Shown here piece after piece: positions 56,900 to 64,000 of a stretch of 64,000 nt of DNA; within the stretch, counting starts at the first letter, position 1; the number at the start of each line of letters is the position of its first letter. A program made the translations under genes and the position numbers. Location of the stretch: positions 62,001 to 126,000 of the forward strand of contig JABVCE010000040.1 in the NCBI GenBank assembly GCA_014905635.1, in the 5' to 3' direction. Source of the stretch: Scenedesmus sp. PABB004 (lineage: Eukaryota). The notes under the pieces were generated by a model. That model saw only the letters and a list, made by a program, of their open reading frames with translations. It had not been told where the DNA came from and did no database searches.

Positions 56900-58492
56900 T
56901 CAGGCGAAGCCCTTGCCGCTGCCCCGCTTCAGCGCCTCGGCGTCGTCGAGGTCCAGGTCCATGAGCGCCGCCGCGCCGCCGCTGCCCTTGCCGCCGCGCG
57001 GGCCGCCGCCGAGCGCGTCGCGGCGCGCCAGCACGTACTCCTTCAACTCCTTGAACCTGCCAGGGGGGAGGGCAGCGGAGCGAGCAGGGAGCAGGGAGCG
57101 AGCGGCGGGCGGGGCGGCGGGGGTCGGCGGCGTACCGCGCGGGCTGCAGGGGAGGCACACGATGCGGGCAGTGCCGCGGCGCATTGCAGCATGCGCGGCG
57201 GCGGCGGCCCCGCGCCACACACACACACACACACGCAGCACGGCGCACGCACTTCTCGAGGCTGCGCAGCTCGAGCTTGTCGCCGTTGGCGAGTTCGATC
57301 ACCATGTCCCCCCACGCGCCGAGGCCGCGCGACACGGTGAGCACGTTGGCCACCTCCTGGTACGCGCAGTCGGTCTGCTTGTCTGGCGGGGCGCGCGGCG
57401 CGGCGCGGCGCGGCGCGGCGCGGCGTGCGGCGCGGCGGGCGTGGGCGGCGGGGCGGGCGCGGCGTGCGGCGCGCGGCGCGCGGGGGCGAGCGGCGTGCGG
57501 GCGCGGCGCGCGGGGGCGGCCGGCGGGGCGGCGCGGCGCGGCGCGCGCCGCGCGCCACGCACTCTCCCAGGGCGCGGAGGTGACGACGCTGACGCGTTTG
57601 TCGGTGAAGCGGTACTTGACAAACGCGGCCCGCGCGACCGCGCCGACCGTGAGCGGCAGCGCGACGAGCGTCGCGCCGAGCGCGACGTTGAACGCCAGGT
57701 CGCCTGGTGGTGTCGTGTGCGGATGGCGCGTGCGCGCGGGCGGGGCGGGCGCGGTGTCGCCGTGTCGTTGCTGGGCGGGGTCGGCAGCAGGCAAAGCGAG
57801 GCGGCGAGGGCGGCGCAGGCGGGCGGCGGCGGTGGCGCGCGCGCACCTGCCGCGGGGCCGCCCTCCCAGTGCACCGTCTCGTCGCTGAAGTCATACGCGC
57901 GCTTCTTGGCTGCGCGGCCACGCCAGCGGCGGGGCGGCGCGCGGGCGCGGGGTGACGGGCGGCGCGCTGCGGCGCTGCGAGTGCGCGTGCGCGTGCGCGT
58001 GCGCGTGCGCGCGCGTGCGCCGCGGCCGCACCCGGCGCGGCGCTGCCCGCGTCGGCGCCCTTGGCCTTGCTGGCCTTGGCCTTGGCGCCCTCGCCGTCCG
58101 GCGTGGCGCCCTTGCCCTTGCGCAGCGCCGCCAGGCGCGCCTCCAGCTCGCTATCCTCTGCGCGGCGGCGGCCAGCGTTCGGCGGCGGTTGCGCGTTGCG
58201 CGCTGCGGCGCTGCGGCGCTGCGGCGCTGCGCGGCGGCGCCGCCCGACGCGCGCAATTGGGCGCCCCGCGCGCCCGCCGCGGCGCGCTGGCGGCAGGGTT
58301 CAGCGCCGTGCGCGTCTCCCGCGCCGCGCGAGGCCGCCCGGGCCGCGCACCGTCCGCGGCGCGGGCCACCACTCGCTGCCGCTGCTGCCGCTGCGCCGGC
58401 CTGCTGCACGGGCGCGCCGCGCCGGGCCCGAACGCGCGCGTTGTTGTTTGGCAGGCGCACGCCCGCCGGTGGGCCTGCAGCGCGGCGCTCAT
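56900..58492 (-). CDS. Plastid protein with bacterial PH-like domain (cyanobacterial type)
   Basis: Transit peptide; [66 protein letters not shown]. Confidence 0.72.
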
Positions 58493-58833
58493 TGTGCTGT
58501 GGCGCGCCGAGGTCGTGGGTGGCGCAGCGTGCGTCGGCGAGCTTCGGCGCAGCGAGGAACGGTCGATGCGATCAGTGCGCGGGGCGGCGTGCCCGGGCGA
58601 CCAGCTCAGTGCGCCGGGTTTAGGCATCGCGCCCAGGTCGGTGCTGCCCGACCTGCGACCCCGCCCTCGGCTCGCCCTCTTTCTCAGCGCCTTCAGCTCA
58701 CGAGCGTGACACGGTGAGGCGCCGCCGGGGGGCCGCAGGCGCGCGCCGGCGGGCGGGCGGGCATCCCACGCCGGCGCGCCCGCCCGCAGGCCCCGCCGGA
58801 GCTGTCTGTGCGCCCCCCGCACAGCTTGCCAAC

Positions 58834-59541
58834 ATGGGTCACGAGGCGGTGTGGAACAGCCACCCCAAGGACTATGGCAAGGGCGGCCGCAAGTGGTGCG
58901 CCATCAGCTCGGCCGCGCTCGTGCCCTGGGTGGCCGCCCGCCGCCCCCCGGCCGCGACGGGCCCCCGGACGCACGGCCCGGCGCCAGCCGGCGGCGGGCG
59001 GCCATGCGGCGGCGGCCGGCGCGCCCGCAGCAGCGGCGGCGGCGGCGGCGGCGGGCCGGCCACGCAGCCGCCACCGGGCTCGCCGCTGCTGCCGCTCCCC
59101 TGCGGCAGCAGCAGACCAGAGCGCGGCAGGCGCACCTGCGGTCGCGGCCCGCGCTGCTCACGCGCGCCGCCCGCCGCTGTCCGCCGCCGCCGCTCCCGCC
59201 CGGCACTTTGCCGCGCGCGCAGCCGCGTGTGCAGCAACCAGGGCGGCATCATCCGCAAGTACAACCTGAACATCTGCCGCCAGTGCTTCAGGGAGTACGC
59301 CAACGACATCGGCTTCCGCAAGGTGAGGGCGGCGGCGCAGCCGGCGCCCGCGCCGCGCCGCGCCACGGCCCCCGAGCGCGCAGGGCAGCGCGGCGCCCGC
59401 GCCCAGGGAGGGCGCGCGGGGCGGCAGGCGCGGGGCAGCAGCGCCGCGGGGCATCGGCGCAGCAGGCCGGCAGCCGGGCGCTCGGCGGGCGGCAGCGGGC
59501 GAGCGGCGCAGCGCGCGGGCGGCCGGCGGCGTCGGGCGGCA

Positions 59542-59602
<61 letters not shown>

Positions 59603-59777
59603 GCAGCAGCAGGCGGCCAGGCGGCGGCAGCAGAGCAGTCGAGGGCAGCGGCGCGAGCGGGCGTGCCCGCGCGCGTGCGACGCAGCGTCTGCGCCCTCCT
59701 CCCTGCGCCCTCCTCCCGTGCGGCCGCCTCACCCCGCCCTCCCCTGCCGTTCCGCCGCGCCCGCGCAGTACAAGTAA
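58834..59777 (+). CDS. RPS29: 40S ribosomal protein S29 (uS14)
   Basis: [61 protein letters not shown] at 59923-59927. Probable 5'-UTR intron at about 58713-58824. Confidence 0.97.
59544..59600. repeat. (CAG)n microsatellite in the RPS29 intron
   Basis: Pure CAG run inside the last intron. Confidence 0.92.
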
Positions 59778-60289
59778 GCCTCACGCCGGTCTGCTGGGGA
59801 GGAGGAGGATGCGGAGGCGCTGACGGTCACGGCTGCAGCGGCGGCCGGACCGGCGGCGGCGGCGCGGCGCGCGGCGCGCTCGCTTCCGAGCGCCGCCGCC
59901 GCCGCTGCCGCGCGCGCGATGTTGTAACCGTCGCGCTCGATTGCCGTGTGCGCGTGCCAGCATGGGCGCGCTCGTGCCGGTGGCGGGCGCGAGCGGGCAC
60001 CGCGACGGCGAGGGCGCGAGCTGCTGCTGCGTTTGGCGACGCTGCCCTCGCCGGCGCAGCGATGGTGCTCGTCGAAGGCGGCTTGTCGACGACGGCGCTG
60101 CCCCCGATCGCGCCGGCGTGCCCAAAAGAAGAGAAGTTCACACTTCGCCGCGCCGCCGTCGGGGTTTGAGAACGACCGCATGGCTGCGCAAAGCTGCGCC
60201 CGTGGCCCGCGCGTGCGGCCGCGACCACTTCCGCTCCCGCGCTCGTCACGCTCTGACGGCCCCGCGCCAATCGCCCGCGGCACGTGAAG

Positions 60290-62586
60290 ATGCTGCTGCC
60301 ACGCAGCTGGCCCGGCAAGCGCCGCGGGGTGCTGCTGCTGGCCTGTGTTTTGGCGCTCGCGCCCAGAACTCAGGTGCGCCGTGGCGTCCGCCCGGCCACC
60401 ACAGCCGCGGCGGGAGTGCTAGTCCTGCCGCTGCTGCTGCCCACGCTGGCCAGGCGCACCCGCGCCGTGGCACGCCCGCCCACCGGTGCATTCTCCGTGC
60501 GACCGACCTCTCCGCAGGCGCAGCAGATCACGCGCGCGCAGGAGCAGAACCTGCCGGCCATCCGGGGGCACCCCCAGCTCAAGACCATCGCCGCGGTGCT
60601 GGCGACGTCGGGCGCCGCCGACGTGATCTCGCCCGCGGCGCGGCTGACCTTGCTGGCGCCGACCGACCAGGCACGGCATCCGCAGCCGCGGCCGCGGCGG
60701 CGGCGGCGGGCCGCGCGCGCAGCGCGCGCAGCGCCTCCGCGCTGTGCGCAGCGCTGCGGGCAGCGCTGAGGCGTCGCGGCGGCGGCGCGGCGCGGCGGCG
60801 CCCCGCAGGCGTTTGCGCGCTTCTTCGCCGAGATGGGCATCGGCCTGGGCCTGCTCGCGCGCGACGAGCCCCTGGCCGACGCCATCGCGGCGTATCACAT
60901 GCTCATCGGCGCGACGCTGGACAGCGACACGATCTTCGCCGTCGCCGCGCGGCGGCGCGCCAAGGCCGGCGCCAACGCTACGCGGCGCGCCGCCGCCGCC
61001 GCCGCCGGGCCGGCGGCGCCGCTTGACCGCGTGACGCTCACGCAGCGCGTGTACACCGCGGCGACGCCGTTTTACGTCACGTTTGGCCGCGGCGCCAACG
61101 CCACGTACGTGCGCGACATGCAGGGCAACGTGGCCAAGGTGACGGGCGTGCTGCGCGCGGGCAGGCACATCGTGCACATCATCGACCGCGTGCTCTACAG
61201 CGGTGCGGCCGCGCGTGCAGGGGCGCGGGGTGCCGGGCGGGCGGGTGTGCGTGCACGCGTGCGGTGTGCGCGCGCACCGCACACACGCGGCGTGGCGCCT
61301 GCGCGGCGCGCAGGTGAGTATTTCAACACCCTGGGCGACCTTGTCGCGGCCTATCCGAGTGGCCTGGGCAGCCTCGGCGCGGCGCTGCGTGACGCGGGCA
61401 TGGGCGGGCTGCTGACGGCCAAGCCCTTCAACGACACGCTGCTCGCGCCCAACAGCAAGGCCTTTGCGGCGGCAAACCTCGCCGCCAAGGGCTTCACCGG
61501 CCGCCGCCTCGCCACGCTGCTGGCCGACCACATCGTCCCCGGCCGCTACACGCTGCCCGGCGGCAAGACCAAGCCCCTCACCACGCTGGGCGGCACGGCC
61601 ATCACCGTTGACGGCCTGAAGTGAGCGCCGCCCGCCCTCCTTTTCGCCCAGTGCCTGCCCTGTGCGCCGTGTGTGTGCCCCCCCCCCAAAACACAAGGGC
61701 CAACGCGCCCCCAACGCAACCTGCCGCGCCGCGCCGCGCCGCGCAGGGGCCCGTCGGGCGATTTCGTGCTCGTCGACACGACCGGGCAGCGCGCGCCGAT
61801 CACCAAGGCCGACCTCTTTGTCTCAAACGTGCGCCGGCAGCGCCGCGCCCGCGCCGGTGCCGCCGCGCCCGCGGCGGTGCAGGCCGACGCGCGCACTGCA
61901 TGCCCGCTGCCGCGCAGGGCGTGGTGCAGGTTATCGGCGCGGTGCTGATGCCTAAGGCCGCCGCGGCCGCTGCTGCCAAGCCCGCCGCGCCCACGCCCCC
62001 CGCGGTCAAGCCCGCCGCGGCTGCGGCCGCTGCGGCCAAGCCCGCCGCGGCCGGCGGGCCCGCGGGCCGCCGCCGCCTCATGCAGCCGTCGACGCCGTCG
62101 TGGGCCACGCCCACCGACCTGCCCAACAGCCAAACCCTGGACGGTGCCGGCACCGCGACCTCCGCCCAGGACGATGCCGACGCGACCATTGAGGGCGTGG
62201 CGCGTCCCAAGCGCGCGGAGCCGGGCACGCCCGGCTGGGCCAACCCCTCCATCGGCTGGGGCAAGGTGCGACCGGCGACGAGGCACGCGCGGGGCGCGCG
62301 CTCTCACCGACCCACACGCGCGGCCCGCCCTGGCGCCCGGCCGCGCGCGCCGCAGTCGATCAGCTGGGACGCCGGCGACACCAACCAGGGCGGGGACACC
62401 GAGGGGCAGATCTCCGGCGCAGTGAGCGCGCGCGCGGCCCGCCCCAGCACGCCGTCGTGGGCGTCGCCGAACATCGACCTGGGCAAGTCGATCAGCGCAG
62501 ACACGTCTGGCACGAACAACCAGAACGCCGCCGAGGCGCAGATCAACGCCGCCGTGGCGGGCTACGACAGCTCTGGCTGCTGCTAG
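60290..62586 (+). CDS. Secreted fasciclin (two FAS1 domains) protein with repeated C-terminal peptides
   Basis: Signal peptide; LTLLAPTDQ|AF, AYHML, IVHIIDRVL (FAS1 #1); TLLAPNSKAF, LADHIVPG, GVVQVIGAVLMP (FAS1 #2). Confidence 0.88.
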
Positions 62587-63121
62587 GCGGCGCCGCTGCC
62601 TGCCTGCTGGGCAGCGCGCGTGCGGCCGGGCCGGCTGCCAGTGCAGCTGCGCTGCATCGGACCGCGGCGCGCCAGGAACGCGCGCGGCGTCCGGACGCGG
62701 GCCCACGCGCTGGGTTCGGCGTCGTGATTTGATGGCTGGCTGACTCAATCGGGGGCATTCGATGGCTCGCTCACTCAATCCAGGGTCGTTCCAACGTTGT
62801 GTGTCCGCGCCCAGCACGGCGCCACGGCGCTGCTGCGCCCGGCCGGGCCCCGTTCCGCAGCGGTGCGCTCGCCGGCTCTGCCGTCGTGGTGCTGGTCGAC
62901 GACGGCCCGTCGACGGGCGGCTCGTTGCAGATGACGGCGCAGGCCTGATGCGCACGTGGCGAGCAGCAGCGGAACAGCGGAACTTCTCACCCCGACCGCG
63001 AACCCTCGTGAAAGCAACGCGCACGCGCGCCGGCGCGATCGTTCCCACTCCCGCTGCCCGCGCTTGTCAGGCGGTGACGGCCCCGCGCCAATCGCCCGGC
63101 GCCCGCGCGCGCGCGTGAAGA

Positions 63122-64000
63122 ATGCCGCTGCAGACCAGCCGGCTCAGGATGCTGCACACCGCGTTGCTGCTGGCCTGCGCCCTGTTGGTGGCGCCCAGAG
63201 CCCTGGTGCGCGGGTTGAGGCGGTCCGGCAAGCCATTAGAGCCCCCGCGCGCGTGGCCGCTGGTGCTGCTCTATCTGACGCACGCTGCCCGGCCCACGCG
63301 CCGCGCGACGCCCGCCCCGCAGGCGCAGCAGGCCACGCGCGCGCAGGAGGAGGCGCTGATGACGGCGATGCAGCCCATCCGGGGGCACCCCCAGCTCAAG
63401 ACCATGGCCGCGCTGCTGGAGACGTCGGGCGCCGCCGACGTGATCACGCCCAAGGCTCGGCTGACCTTGCTGGCGCCGACCGACCAGGCACGGCATCCGC
63501 AGCCGCGGCCGCGGCGGCGGCGGCGGGCCGCGCGCGCAGCGCGCGCAGCGCCTCCGCGCTGCGCGCAGCGCTGCGGGCAGCGCTGAGGCGTCGCGGCGGC
63601 GGCGCGGCGCGGCGGCGCCCCGCAGGCGTTTGCGCGCTTCTTCGCCGAGATGGGCATCGGCCTGGGCCTGCTCGCGCGCGACGAGCCCCTGGCCGACGCC
63701 ATCGCGGCGTATCACATGCTCATCGGCGCGACGCTGGACAGCGACACGATCTTCGCCGTCGCCGCGCGGCGGCGCGCCAAGGCCGGCGCCAACGCTACGC
63801 GGCGCGCCGCCGCCGCCGCCGCCGGGCCGGCGGCGCCGCTTGACCGCGTGACGCTCACGCAGCGCGTGTACACCGCGGCGACGCCGTTTTACGTCACGTT
63901 TGGCCGCGGCGCCAACGCCACGTACGTGCGCGGCGTGCAGGGCCACGTGGCCAAGGTGACGGGCGTGCTGCGCGCGGGCAGGCACATCGTGCACATCATC
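63122..64000 (+). CDS. Second fasciclin gene (tandem paralogue), runs off the window end
   Basis: Signal peptide; IRGHPQLKT, LTLLAPTDQ. Nearly identical to 60640-61180 at the DNA level. Confidence 0.88.

Overview
Eukaryotic, extremely GC-rich, intron-dense and gene-dense nuclear DNA of a green alga. Chlorophyta is inferred from TGTAA poly(A) signals, plastid transit peptides, a dynein fragment and a riboswitch-bearing THI4. The ORF track is mostly GC-driven noise, so real genes were rebuilt exon by exon. About 23 genes can be read: CAX antiporter, mitochondrial carrier, CDKA (PSTAIRE), a motor-less axonemal dynein heavy-chain fragment, a secreted papain/LysM-like/RCC1-repeat protein, THI4, COX7c-like subunit, HAD-IIB phosphatase, NCS1 transporter, a polyQ protein with tandem ~100-aa modules, KCS/FAE1, DEAD-box helicase RH47, IscA, uridine phosphorylase-like, FAD/NAD(P) oxidoreductase, calycin-like protein, CHERP-like SURP/CID protein, PPT1, haspin, a PH-like plastid protein, RPS29 and two tandem fasciclin genes. 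Highlights: (1) a complete TPP riboswitch in a THI4 5'-UTR intron, followed by an alternative acceptor and a 34-codon uORF; (2) a very high load of GC-AG introns (7 of 15 in KCS, about two dozen in the window), all with exonic AG before the donor; (3) a copy of the THI4 3' UTR lying just beyond the dynein stop, so that the two copies bracket the protease gene; (4) a 74-bp retroelement-like insertion with a 6-bp target-site duplication that frameshifts the tandem-module gene; (5) a possible THI4/HAD/NCS1 thiamine neighbourhood. Family assignments rest on recalled motifs only; no database searches were run, and gene boundaries are manual reconstructions.
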